NCBI GenBank assembly: GCA_049971805.1
Contig: JBMFKU010000006.1
Span: forward strand, 1 to 64,000
Length of the DNA stretch: 64,000 bases
From: Caldisphaera sp.
GTDB lineage: Archaea; Thermoproteota; Thermoprotei_A; Sulfolobales; Acidilobaceae
Direction of reading: 5' to 3'
Below the pieces are notes generated by a model. It had not been told where the DNA came from and ran no database searches. It was given only the letters and a program-made list of their open reading frames with translations. The position numbers were made by a program, and so were the translations under genes. Of the stretch, positions 1 through 9,488 are shown in pieces (the first letter of the stretch is position 1; each line of letters starts with the position of its first letter).

Positions 1-479
1 TCAAAAAATTCTACTTTTTCCAATTTTGCTATTTCTTTATAAATATTTAGCATTTCGCTTTTTACAAAGAGAGTTGGATAAATATCCAGCTTTGAAAAGA
101 TGTAATTTATTTCTTCTTCTAGGCTTGGCTTTTTGCTTACATCATTATGAAAGTCGTGGTCAGCCCACAGCAAGTTGCCCTTCTTTATGCACTCATCTCT
201 CCCACACTTTTTCTCCCTAGGCAAAACACCGACGTAGATATCTAATTTCTGCTTGATTAGATCGCAAACCTCATCAATTTTCATTTCCCCTATTCTGTAA
301 AATATGTTTAATTTTACCTTGTTATTTTCTAAGGCCCTTATCTCCAGATAATCGTCATCTTCCCAATCCTTTATGATAAATTCTATGTATTGTTTGCATG
401 CTGAAATGTTATTGTCTTCGTTAGAGTTAACTATATTACCTCCTAATGGTACTGAATTACCTTGTGAATAGCTACTCAT
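1..479 (-). CDS. RepB-like/AEP-superfamily primase of an integrated element (N-terminal part; runs off the left edge, absent from the ORF track)
   Basis: Manual translation from ATG 479 (GGTGA RBS upstream) is open to the edge: MSSYSQGN...YLEIRAL...DIYVGVLPREKKCGRDECIKKGNLLWADHDF...YPTLFVKS. The YxGVxPR..LWADxD pattern resembles RepB-type primase motif I. Confidence 0.7.
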   Translation of the reverse strand, partial: MSSYSQGNSVPLGGNIVNSNEDNNISACKQYIEFIIKDWEDDDYLEIRALENNKVKLNIFYRIGEMKIDEVCDLIKQKLDIYVGVLPREKKCGRDECIKKGNLLWADHDFHNDVSKKPSLEEEINYIFSKLDIYPTLFVKSEMLNIYKEIAKLEKVEFF

Positions 480-543
480 TTTTTCACCTTTTTTTAAACC
501 TATTAATAAACAAATGGGGTCTTAGATGTCAGGCTTTTCATTT

Positions 544-765
544 CTATGTTTTAAAAACAGCACTGCTAACATCTATGAATACATCAACCTTAGCGTTCTT
601 CTTCCACAATTCCTCCCATATCTTTCCATGGTTTTCAGGTAAGTAAAGCAGGTACCGTCCCCTTCCCCCACCTACGCTCATTCTTGTTATTTTCCTCTCT
701 GGTAGCATTAAGTACCCTCGGTCTATAAACTCAAACATAAATTCCTTCCTTTTTTCTGCACTCAT
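544..765 (-). CDS. Small mobile-element protein, possibly AbrB-like DNA-binding
   Basis: ATG 765 with GGTGA RBS; RKITRMSVGGGRGRYLLYLP..IWEEL resembles swapped-hairpin proteins; co-oriented upstream of the primase. Confidence 0.5.
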   Translation of the reverse strand: MSAEKRKEFMFEFIDRGYLMLPERKITRMSVGGGRGRYLLYLPENHGKIWEELWKKNAKVDVFIDVSSAVFKT

Positions 766-815
766 TTTCTCACCTAGTAGTCTATAGAATCGCATAAAGA
801 TAACGGATACTGCCG

Positions 816-845
816 AGGATAGATCAAGGATAGATCAAGGATATA
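816..845. repeat. Tandem 11-bp repeat (AGGATAGATCA x2 plus partial AGGATATA) in a divergent promoter; candidate operator
   Basis: Seen directly at 816-826, 827-837 and 838-845, abutting the TATA-like ATATATAAA. Confidence 0.65.
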
Positions 846-889
846 TATAAATATAGATTTTGGATTGCAACTTGTATTTCGGGGCAGAA

Positions 890-1669
890 ATGTCATCTGA
901 GAGGCAAAGCTATGATAAAGAGGTGATAAAGGATAAAATATTAGAAATAATTCGCAAGAAAAATGAAAATGGTGAAGCTATAAGGTTTAGTGAGATAGTA
1001 AAGGAACTTAATAAAGAAACTGGCAAGGAAATAAACCCGAAAAGAGTATGTGATAATTTACTAAAAAAACTATTAAAAGAAAGAAAGATAGTCAAAGTAA
1101 AATTAGGTGAGAAGAAATCTTCGCCCACTTATTATGCTTTGAAAGAATATGAATATCTGCTTGACAATTATAAACCTCCTAAAATGGATGAAGAACATGT
1201 AATATACATTGTAAAAGGATTAGAAGCAATTAGGTATTATGCTTTTTTACTTCCAGTAAACAATTTTGATCTGACTATCGATTTTTCTAGTTTGCCTCGT
1301 GACAAAGAAAAACTACTATATAATGTGAGAATTACTCTCGAGCATGTTCTAAGAGGCCGTAAAGGAGTGTTTAAGGAACTTGCGGATCTTCTTGATTCAT
1401 TAGTTAATGTTGTAGAAAATGATGAGAAAAAAAGAGGAAAAAAACTTTATGAACTTACCCCAGAAAAAAGAGATATAATTGAAAAAATTAAAAAGGAGGC
1501 ATTAAAAAAAGAAGAGTTCTTGTATGGCAAAAGAAGTGATATAATAGATGGATGTAATGGGACTGATCGATGCTATATAGGGTCGTGTGAAATTTGCTCT
1601 CATAAACTTAACAATTCTGAAGAAGAAACTGTTAACAAATGGCTTACAGATCTATATTTATGTAAATAA
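890..1669 (+). CDS. Winged-helix DNA-binding protein with C-terminal Cys cluster (element regulator)
   Basis: KILEII...IRFSEIVKEL...LLKKLLKERKIVKV...TYYAL fits a wHTH; C-terminal CNGTDRCYIGSCEIC. Confidence 0.65.
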   Translation: MSSERQSYDKEVIKDKILEIIRKKNENGEAIRFSEIVKELNKETGKEINPKRVCDNLLKKLLKERKIVKVKLGEKKSSPTYYALKEYEYLLDNYKPPKMDEEHVIYIVKGLEAIRYYAFLLPVNNFDLTIDFSSLPRDKEKLLYNVRITLEHVLRGRKGVFKELADLLDSLVNVVENDEKKRGKKLYELTPEKRDIIEKIKKEALKKEEFLYGKRSDIIDGCNGTDRCYIGSCEICSHKLNNSEEETVNKWLTDLYLCK

Positions 1670-1784
1670 GCAGTATACCGTGAAATTAAAACCTAAGGCT
1701 TTTAGAATTTTAAATTTTAATGGTTCCCAACACAATAATTCAGGTTGATAATGAAATTGGAAAGGAAATCTAAAACAATTTCAG

Positions 1785-1817
1785 GTTCCCGAGACACATG
1801 AAACTCGGGAACTTTTT
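1785..1817. terminator. Perfect 9-bp inverted repeat (GTTCCCGAG-N10-CTCGGGAAC) plus T tract; terminator or integrase arm site
   Basis: Arms at 1785-1793 and 1804-1812, about 20 bp inside the att site. Confidence 0.5.
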
Positions 1818-1830
1818 ATGATTTGATTAA

Positions 1831-1886
1831 GCCTGCTAAGCCGATGGGGTTACTCCCCGCGCGGGTTCAAATCCCGCCCGCGGCGC
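1831..1886 (+). mobile_element. att site: 3' half of tRNA-Ser(GCT) marking the right end of an integrated element
   Basis: Anticodon loop CTGCTAA, variable arm GGGG-TTACT-CCCC, T arm GCGGG-TTCAAAT-CCCGC and acceptor 3' strand CCGCGGCG are present. The D arm and 5' acceptor strand are replaced by AT-rich DNA. Confidence 0.85.
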
Positions 1887-2377
1887 TTCAAGTTATTAGC
1901 TATAGAAATTGAAAAGAGAATAAAAGAGTTCTATAATTATATCATTTCGATCTAATTTATTAAATATTATTAATCTATTATGTTTAACATGTATTAGAAT
2001 ATCAATTATAATAGCACAAATAGAATTATTTAGTGCATGCAAAGGTCTTCAATTAGTCAAATAATTATATAGTTATTTTATCATAACTAATTCATATATA
2101 TATAATACTATGAAAAAATTCAAAGATTAGAATGGAATTTTAATACCTAATCGAAATAAAACATATAAAAACTAACTTAAGCTGGAAATATTGAACCAAG
2201 AAGTTTTTAAAGATATGATCTACTTTCTAGTTTTGTATTATTTATAATATATTAAATAGTTTGAATAATCTAGATAACTTATTATTAAATAAACCTACTA
2301 TTTACATTTTGAAAATAATACAATAACAATAAATTATTTTAGGTTTACTTCAATTATACTACAATTGGGTAGACAAA

Positions 2378-2608
2378 ATGGGTAATTATGTAACAGTCTC
2401 CACAAAGGTAAGAAAAGAAGTAGCTGAGAAAGCAAGAAAACTCGGCATCAATATTTCTGAATTCCTGAGAGAAAAGATCGAAGAAGAGGTAGAAAGAAGA
2501 GAACTAGAAGTCGTATCCCAGAGAGTCAATGCTCTTGAAGACTTCTTAGACAAAATAGATATTGAAGATATAGTTAAATCAATTAGAGAAGATAGGGAAT
2601 CCAGATGA
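2378..2608 (+). CDS. vapB: VapB/CcdA-like RHH antitoxin
   Basis: VTVSTKV..EVAEKARKLGINISEFLREKIEEEV; ends IREDRESR; ATGA overlap with the PIN gene. Confidence 0.85.
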   Translation: MGNYVTVSTKVRKEVAEKARKLGINISEFLREKIEEEVERRELEVVSQRVNALEDFLDKIDIEDIVKSIREDRESR

Positions 2609-3015
2609 CCAAGTATGTTTATGATGCTTCTTCGATTATAAAGGCTTTGAAGATGAAAAGAATCGACATACTAGCTGCAAATTATATCCAACAACTGACA
2701 ATCCATGAAATTCTAAATGCTTTTTGGAAGGAATGTTGTTTGCTCAAAATAATACCTTTAAATAGAACTCTAGAAATGATAGATATAATAATGCAAATAG
2801 TTAATCATATGAAAATGCTAAACCCGATTAATATAGAAAAAGACATTATAAAAACAGCTTCTGAATTAGGTATTACAACCTACGATGCATCTTATATTGT
2901 ACTTGCTCAAAAAAATAATCTAATACTTGTAACAGAAGACAAGAAATTAAAGAGTAAAGCAAGTAGCCTGATTAATGTAACAAATGTGGAAAAAATTTTG
3001 AGTTCTACAAATTAA
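2605..3015 (+). CDS. vapC: VapC PIN-domain toxin
   Basis: YVYDASS, HEILNA, TYDASY and VTEDKKL supply the PIN acidic residues. Confidence 0.9.
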   Translation: MTKYVYDASSIIKALKMKRIDILAANYIQQLTIHEILNAFWKECCLLKIIPLNRTLEMIDIIMQIVNHMKMLNPINIEKDIIKTASELGITTYDASYIVLAQKNNLILVTEDKKLKSKASSLINVTNVEKILSSTN

Positions 3016-3237
3016 ATAACTCTCTATACGTTTTAAGCAAGTTTAAATTAAACTAAAAATAGATAACGCATCAAAAGTGCATAAAATATCTAAATAATAA
3101 TATGAAAAATTTAGCAATTATGCTAGATATATAATAACAAAAGACGGACTTCTCATTTTTTAAACAAAAATGATATAATACAAACACATTTTATTTTAAA
3201 TTAATTACATAAAAATGTGTGCTTTGATATTTTAAGT

Positions 3238-4290
3238 TTATAATCTTGCTGTAGCCTTTTTATAAATTGAATCCAAGAATTTATAATTAGAAATTATGCT
3301 CATTCCTTCAAGTTGGTGTAAAATATTATCTAAAACGCTCGATGAAACTGCTGATCCTTCTCTTTTCGCTAAACAATTATAAAGCCTGCTCCATTCATTT
3401 TCTCCTTCAGATATGCATTTTAACACATGTCTATATCTCATAGCAACTGTTTCTGAAATCTTCTTTTTATTTTCAATCAAATTAATAATTTCATTTAAAG
3501 CTATTTTAATGCTTATTTCTTTAACTTCTTCAAAACTTTTACCTGAAACTAAATAGTTCCCTGCTAAAGTTAACCAACCTGGAATTCCATCAAAAAAATC
3601 AACTAATTCATCTATAATATTATCATCAATCTTCATGTTATATTCATTAAAGCCGATTTTTAAAAAATTTTTGCTTTCATCTTTAGAAAATCTATTCATT
3701 TTTATTTCATGATAATATCTACCATAAAGCGGAGAGTTCTCGTCCTCTGCCCCAATGAAATCGTAAAGTAAACCAACCTCCGAGCCAGTTAAAATAAATG
3801 TTAAATTTCTATTATAATCATATGCATGTGCTATTGCATCCTTAATTTCTTTAGATAATGGTCCTCTTAGTCTTTGCGCTTCATCTATAGCTATTATGAC
3901 CCTTTTCTCATTTAAGTGATCAAAAAGGTCTGATAAAGAAATATATTTTTTCTTTTTCCATGAAAGTTCTACTGACATGTCAAATATTTTTATTTCTCTA
4001 ATTTTTCTCAATACATCTGCTAATTTATCGAAAGAAGATGAAAGCGACTCCGATAGAAGAATATATAAATCTTTTAATCCATAGTTTTGTTTTAGTTTCC
4101 TAGCATCAATTAATATAAATGGAACTTTTATTTCATTTAAGAAAACAAAGAGAAGAGATGTTTTTCCAATTCTTCTAACCCCTGTAAGAAGAACTAATGG
4201 TCTATGCGAATTTGAAATTAGTTCATTTAGCTCTTTTTCCCTATCAAATAAATCCTTTCTTTCTGTTTTCGGTCTTTCATCAAATAACAA
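3238..4290 (-). CDS. Archaeal AAA+ ATPase (ATPase_2 type) with C-terminal wHTH
   Basis: MLFDERPK..DLFDRE start, Walker A GVRRIGKT, Walker B IAIDEAQ, TGSEVG, GIPGWL. Confidence 0.9.
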   Translation of the reverse strand: MLFDERPKTERKDLFDREKELNELISNSHRPLVLLTGVRRIGKTSLLFVFLNEIKVPFILIDARKLKQNYGLKDLYILLSESLSSSFDKLADVLRKIREIKIFDMSVELSWKKKKYISLSDLFDHLNEKRVIIAIDEAQRLRGPLSKEIKDAIAHAYDYNRNLTFILTGSEVGLLYDFIGAEDENSPLYGRYYHEIKMNRFSKDESKNFLKIGFNEYNMKIDDNIIDELVDFFDGIPGWLTLAGNYLVSGKSFEEVKEISIKIALNEIINLIENKKKISETVAMRYRHVLKCISEGENEWSRLYNCLAKREGSAVSSSVLDNILHQLEGMSIISNYKFLDSIYKKATARL

Positions 4291-4291
4291 C

Positions 4292-4323
4292 TTCTGCCCC
4301 TGAATATATATTCTGCCCCTGAA
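4292..4323. promoter_or_regulatory. 13-bp direct repeat TTCTGCCCCTGAA x2 immediately upstream of the ATPase start
   Basis: Copies at 4292-4304 and 4311-4323, between a TATA-like segment and the TTG start. Confidence 0.65.
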
Positions 4324-4412
4324 GTTATAAATTTATATTTAATTGTAAAGATACGTTAAAAATTAATAACATAGTAAAATCAATTCTGTACTAAGAGGCG
4401 ATTTCTTATAGT

Positions 4413-5074
4413 CTTGACAAAACAAATGACAAGCCTCACTCTTTTAGGGGGCGGAGTAATGCTTTTAAGGTTTGTTTTAAGTAAAACATGGGGATTATAT
4501 GCTTCCTTCAGAAGCTATTTAACGAGAATGAAAGAAGGTAACAGTTCTTTAAGGAAGGTAAAGTAGGTTTTAAAAATACTTACAAGAAATACTATGAAAA
4601 ATACAAGGATTTACTTAAAGTTAATGCTCAAACAATAATTCAGAAAAACAATGAGGCTTGGAATTCTTTCTTTTCATTTTTAAAGATGAAGAAGTGAAAT
4701 TACCAGCATATGAAAAATGTGAGCCCTCAAAGATATTAAAAAAATAGGAAAGAAAACAAGAGAAGACTCTTGAATTAATAGCAAAAGAATATGGGATAAA
4801 GGTATACGAAATTGTTGAATATAATACATCAAGATATTGTGCTTTCCACAATATAGAAATAAAAAGAAAACTTAGAAGTGTTATAGCTTTCCATTAAATC
4901 ATAAATTGCATTCAGATCTAAATGGAGCATTAAATATAATAAAAAAAGGAGAAAAAGTTATAGTAAGAAATGTAAAGAAACCAATATCTTATATGGTATT
5001 TCATAACAAAGTAGCTCCCATAGGTAACCCTTAAGACCTCGAGAACAAGCCCTTCAGGGCGAGGAGAGGGTCGG
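4413..5074 (+). mobile_element. tnpB: Decayed IS200/IS605-family element with a fragmented, internally deleted tnpB pseudogene
   Basis: Left end with hairpin; fragments YYEKYKDLLKVNAQTIIQKNNEAWNSFF, AKEYGIKVYEIVEYNTSRYCAFH and HSDLNGALNI (RuvC-II/Zn/RuvC-III); right end CCCTTCAGGGCG..GGTC. Confidence 0.85.
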
Positions 5075-5311
5075 ATCTGATAAAATTGTTAAGGAATTTT
5101 TATCAAATTTTATAAAATAGCTTTCAAAAAATATAAGAATATTAAGGAGCTTTATTTTTTTATTAGAATTAATAAATCAACTTTATATTAAATAAAAGGC
5201 AAACTAAAAGATAAATCCGTAAATTAAATAAATAATATTTCACTTTATATAGAAATTTTTCTTATTATGCAATAAAAAATCCTTTTATTTCTTTAAATCT
5301 TTTATATTAGC

Positions 5312-6118
5312 TTATAAATTTTTTATAGATTCATAGTCATTATCTGTTAGACTAAAATCTATTGATCCCATTATTTCCTCAATATGATTTTTATTAGCCG
5401 ATTTTGGTATAGGAATAGAGTTTCTAATTAAATAGTTTAATGCGATCTGTACGCTAGTTTTTCCATATTTTTTCCCTATTTCTTTTAATTTCTCATCATA
5501 ATATACCCTTCCTTTTCCTAAAGGAGAATATGCAATTATTTTAATACCATTTTTATTTGCAAAAGGTATTAAATCTTTTTCAGCCCATTTATTATAAACA
5601 TTATACTCTATTTCATCGGCAACAATTTCATATTTTTTTGTTGAATTTATAGCTTCGTTTAAAAGCTCAACATCAAAATTACTAACTCCCATACACCTTA
5701 TAATCCCTTTATCTATAAGATACTCCATAGCTTTTATTGATTCTTCTATTTTTACATTTTTATTTGGCCAATGGATTAAATAAAGATCTATGCTCTTCAT
5801 CTTTAGCCTTTCCCTACTCTTTATTGCTGACTTAATTAAGTCATCGTAATGTAAATGGTTTGACCATACTTTAGAAATGATAAAAACTTTTTCTTGGTAG
5901 TCTTTTAATGCTTCCCCAATTAATTCTTCTGTATGTCCATTTCCATACATTTCAGCAGTATCAAATAAATTAATGCCTTTCTCATATGCAAATAACAATA
6001 TACCCGTATATTTATTATCCTCAGAATAATCTTCGCTCCAATAACCTCCACCGAAACCCCAAGTACCTAAACCAACTAAGCTAACTTCCTTGCTGCAAAT
6101 CTCCATTTTATTCCCCAT
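5312..6118 (-). CDS. Aldo/keto reductase
   Basis: GLGTWG, FDTAEMYG, DLYLIHWP, GVSNF, AYSPLG. Confidence 0.95.
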   Translation of the reverse strand: MGNKMEICSKEVSLVGLGTWGFGGGYWSEDYSEDNKYTGILLFAYEKGINLFDTAEMYGNGHTEELIGEALKDYQEKVFIISKVWSNHLHYDDLIKSAIKSRERLKMKSIDLYLIHWPNKNVKIEESIKAMEYLIDKGIIRCMGVSNFDVELLNEAINSTKKYEIVADEIEYNVYNKWAEKDLIPFANKNGIKIIAYSPLGKGRVYYDEKLKEIGKKYGKTSVQIALNYLIRNSIPIPKSANKNHIEEIMGSIDFSLTDNDYESIKNL

Positions 6119-6256
6119 ATTAATATTTTAATCAAAAAATTTATGGTTTGTTATAATCTAGATATTGTTAACCGGGGAGTTAACAATAAAAAAGAAAGAT
6201 TTATAAATTTGAGAAATTGACAAGATCTTGGTGAGATTATTGACAAGCGGGGTTTT

Positions 6257-7414
6257 ATGAAGTGCCTTTCTTGTAATTCAGTATTCGAACTGAACCAAGA
6301 GTTGATTACGTGTCCTAAATGCGGTGGTTTGCTGGAAATAATTAATGATCAATCGAATTTTAAAGAATTTAAGGGAAGAGGAGTTTGGCGATATAAACAG
6401 CTTATACCTGGAGAATATAAAAAAATTGTAACACTTAATGAAGGAAACACGCCGTTAATAAATTCAAAAAAATACAGAAACTTATATTTTAAATATGAGG
6501 GGCTTAATCCAACAGGTAGTTTTAAAGATAGAGGAATGACTGTTGCAATTAGCAACGCGCTAAATCTAGGCTATAAAAGTGTGATAGCTGCATCAACAGG
6601 TAATACTGCGGCATCAGCTTCTGCATATTCAGCAAGGGCTGGACTTAAAACAATATTGGTTTTGCCAAAAAATAAGGTTGCCAAGGGAAAATTATTTCAA
6701 TCAATTCTACATGGAGCTATAATCCTAGAGGTCGAAGGTAGCTTTGATGTAGCAATGAAAGAAGTTAAGAAAATTTATTATAATAATAAAATATATCCTG
6801 TTAACTCATTTAATCCTTGGAGATTAGAAGGCCAGAAAACAATAGCCTTTGAAATATTTGAGGATCAAGGAGTTCCTGATTATGTTATAGTACCAACAGG
6901 AAATGCTGGAAATATATATGCTATTTGGAAGGGGTTTAAGGAATTAAATAACATGGATCTAATAGATAAATTACCTCACATGATAGCTGTTCAAGCAGAA
7001 AATGCCTCTCCAATTGTTGATATAATAGAAAACGATAGAAATCAAATAAGGTTTGTTGATTACCCTGAAACTTTAGCGTCAGCAATAAGAATCGGAAAGC
7101 CAGTGAATTGGATTAAGGCGATAAATGCAATAAAGGAATCAAGAGGGACTGCTATAAGGGTATCAGATAATGAAATAATAAATGCTCAAATAGAGTTGGC
7201 AAGGGAAGAAGGAATTGGTGTTGAACTTGCTTCGGCATCTTCATATGCTGGGTATAAAAAACTATTAGAAAACAATTATATTGAAAAAGATAGCAAAGTT
7301 GTTTTAATATTTACAGGCCATGCATTAAAGGATCCAAACATTTATTTTGATGAAACAAATAGATTAAATGCAAACCCAAATAACATAGAAGAAATAATAA
7401 ACAAATTATTATAA
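6257..7414 (+). CDS. thrC: Threonine synthase
   Basis: N-terminal Zn ribbon; [36 protein letters not shown]. Confidence 0.9.
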   Translation: MKCLSCNSVFELNQELITCPKCGGLLEIINDQSNFKEFKGRGVWRYKQLIPGEYKKIVTLNEGNTPLINSKKYRNLYFKYEGLNPTGSFKDRGMTVAISNALNLGYKSVIAASTGNTAASASAYSARAGLKTILVLPKNKVAKGKLFQSILHGAIILEVEGSFDVAMKEVKKIYYNNKIYPVNSFNPWRLEGQKTIAFEIFEDQGVPDYVIVPTGNAGNIYAIWKGFKELNNMDLIDKLPHMIAVQAENASPIVDIIENDRNQIRFVDYPETLASAIRIGKPVNWIKAINAIKESRGTAIRVSDNEIINAQIELAREEGIGVELASASSYAGYKKLLENNYIEKDSKVVLIFTGHALKDPNIYFDETNRLNANPNNIEEIINKLL

Positions 7415-7471
7415 AATAAAAATATTGCTAATCATTTAAATTTACAGTTTAAAATAATTAATTGAGCAAAA

Positions 7472-8134
7472 ATGAGCGATTTAAAAGAATTGCAAGAAAA
7501 AATCATTTCATGTCAAAAATGTCCTAGGCTAATGAAATATATAAAGGAAGTTTCAGAAAAACCTCCAAAAAGGTTTAGAAATTGGAATTACTGGGCCAAA
7601 CCTGTTCCAAGCTTCGGAGATGAAAATGCGGAAATAGGAATTATCGGGCTTGCCCCAGCAGCAAATGGAGGAAATAGAACTGGTAGGCTCTTTACTGGAG
7701 ATCACTCAGGAGATTGGCTTTTTAAGGCCTTATATGAAGTGGGCTTATCTAATAAACCAATATCTCATGATATAAATGATGGTCTCAAGGTATTTAATGT
7801 TTATATAACAGCAGTTATCCATTGTGCTCCTCCACAAAATAAACCTAGCAAGGAAGAGATAAATAACTGCCTTCCATATTTAATTGAAGAGCTAAAAGAA
7901 TTAAAAAAACTAAAGGTAATCATAGCTCTCGGTAAAATAGCCTTTGATACAATAAATAGCTTATATAATGTCAAATATGAATTTAAGCATCTAGCTAAAT
8001 ATAAATTACCGGATGGAAAATGGATGATAGCAAGCTATCATCCAAGTGCAAGAAATACTAACACAGGGCTTATGAAATGGGATGATTGGGTCTCAGTATT
8101 TAAAACAGCAAAGGAAATAGCAGGAGGAAAATAA
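7472..8134 (+). CDS. udgB: Uracil-DNA glycosylase family 5 (UdgB, 4Fe-4S)
   Basis: CxxCPRL, GLAPAANGGNRTGRLFTGDHSG, CAPPQNKP, YHPS. Confidence 0.9.
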   Translation: MSDLKELQEKIISCQKCPRLMKYIKEVSEKPPKRFRNWNYWAKPVPSFGDENAEIGIIGLAPAANGGNRTGRLFTGDHSGDWLFKALYEVGLSNKPISHDINDGLKVFNVYITAVIHCAPPQNKPSKEEINNCLPYLIEELKELKKLKVIIALGKIAFDTINSLYNVKYEFKHLAKYKLPDGKWMIASYHPSARNTNTGLMKWDDWVSVFKTAKEIAGGK

Positions 8135-8136
8135 AA

Positions 8137-8637
8137 TTGGTTGGTCATCCAGTTTGGATAATTGATAAACTTTATGCAGGCCCAGGTTGCGTGGATTTAG
8201 GAAATTATGGGATAAATGCAGATATAATCATAACTCTGGATCCTTCATGCTCAGTAAAAGGGGATGGAAATCAGAGAATTGTTTTACCATTAGAGGATTT
8301 CAATGTTGAGCCAATAAAAAACATAGGTAAAGCAGTTCAAATCATTGATAAAAAGCTAAAGAAAAACAACAGCGTTTATGTACATTGCCATGCTGGTTGT
8401 GGTAGGACTGGAACTATAGTAGTTTCATACTTAATTTTATTTAAGGACATGCAACTAAATCAAGCAATTGATATATTTTATGAAAAAAGGCATTGCGGAC
8501 CTGACTCCATGCCTCAAGAAATTTTTTTAGAGGCATTGTATAAGATGAAAAGGAAGCTTGGATCAAACAACTTAGTATTAAAGATATTAAACAAATCTGA
8601 AACACTCGATGATTTTCTACAAAATTTGAGGGAATAA
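8137..8637 (+). CDS. Dual-specificity/protein-tyrosine phosphatase family
   Basis: P-loop VHCHAGCGRTG. Confidence 0.9.
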   Translation: MVGHPVWIIDKLYAGPGCVDLGNYGINADIIITLDPSCSVKGDGNQRIVLPLEDFNVEPIKNIGKAVQIIDKKLKKNNSVYVHCHAGCGRTGTIVVSYLILFKDMQLNQAIDIFYEKRHCGPDSMPQEIFLEALYKMKRKLGSNNLVLKILNKSETLDDFLQNLRE

Positions 8638-9488
8638 TGTTGTTATGTGATATGATTTCTAAGATTACAAATGGATTACTTGTTGAACCTTCATTGACCC
8701 CAAAGCCAGGTGCTGTAACACCAGAAAAGAGGCATAAAGATAAAAATTACTATGATTTTTTAATTCATTCAAATATAGTCCAAAAAGTTATGTACGAGAC
8801 CTGCAAAAGATATGAAAAAGAAGAAAAAAATATAATAGCCTATGGCTTTAAATTATATAGAAAATTTCTTATTGAAAATAATATTGGTAAAAACATTGCA
8901 TTAGGAGAATTTCTTTTGCATCTACCTTTTTCCATAGCAATATATTATGGGCAAAATAGTTACGAGATAGCCAAGGCATCTAGCGAAATTATAAGAAATA
9001 CAGGAAGGGAAGAAGGTATTGAGTATTATGAGATACTGAAAGGCTTATCATTATCATATCTAGGAAAATACCAAGGCTTAGAAAAGGATGTTAATGAAGG
9101 ATACCCAAATAGTTTCATAGATGTTTTGGAAAAATATTCATGGGATTTAGTTTATAAAGAATTGCTCAATAATTATTCAATTTCACTTGAAATAAAAGAA
9201 AAAATGGAAAAAATAAATGAAGAAAAGTTAAACGAAAAATTCTTGTGGGGGTTTATTCATCTAATCTCTTCTTATGGGGATACATTAATTGCTAAAAAGA
9301 ACGGGTTCAATGCATTTATAAAAACAAGAAATGATGCAGAGATTGCAAAGATAATAGCAAAAAAATATGGAATTAAATTTGCTTTAGATTATTTGGATAA
9401 ATTGTGGAGACCTCTTAAAATAAACCCTGGATCATCTCTTGATGTGTTATCATCATCAATAACATTTTACTTTTTAGATAACTTTTAA
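8637..9488 (+). CDS. citG: CitG-family triphosphoribosyl-dephospho-CoA synthase-like protein
   Basis: EPSLTPKPGAVTP..HKD, DTLIAKKNG, INPGSSLD. Confidence 0.8.
   Translation: MLLCDMISKITNGLLVEPSLTPKPGAVTPEKRHKDKNYYDFLIHSNIVQKVMYETCKRYEKEEKNIIAYGFKLYRKFLIENNIGKNIALGEFLLHLPFSIAIYYGQNSYEIAKASSEIIRNTGREEGIEYYEILKGLSLSYLGKYQGLEKDVNEGYPNSFIDVLEKYSWDLVYKELLNNYSISLEIKEKMEKINEEKLNEKFLWGFIHLISSYGDTLIAKKNGFNAFIKTRNDAEIAKIIAKKYGIKFALDYLDKLWRPLKINPGSSLDVLSSSITFYFLDNF

Noticed and set aside
26-1128. ORFs 26-220(+), 446-646(+) and 910-1128(-)
   Set aside because: Antisense shadows of better-supported genes.
1800-1890. Complete tRNA-Ser gene
   Set aside because: The 5' acceptor strand, D arm and most of the 5' anticodon stem are missing. 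Treated as an att site. A split tRNA half cannot be fully excluded, but I saw no complementary leader.
4621-4851. 76-aa minus-strand ORF
   Set aside because: Antisense to the tnpB pseudogene fragments.
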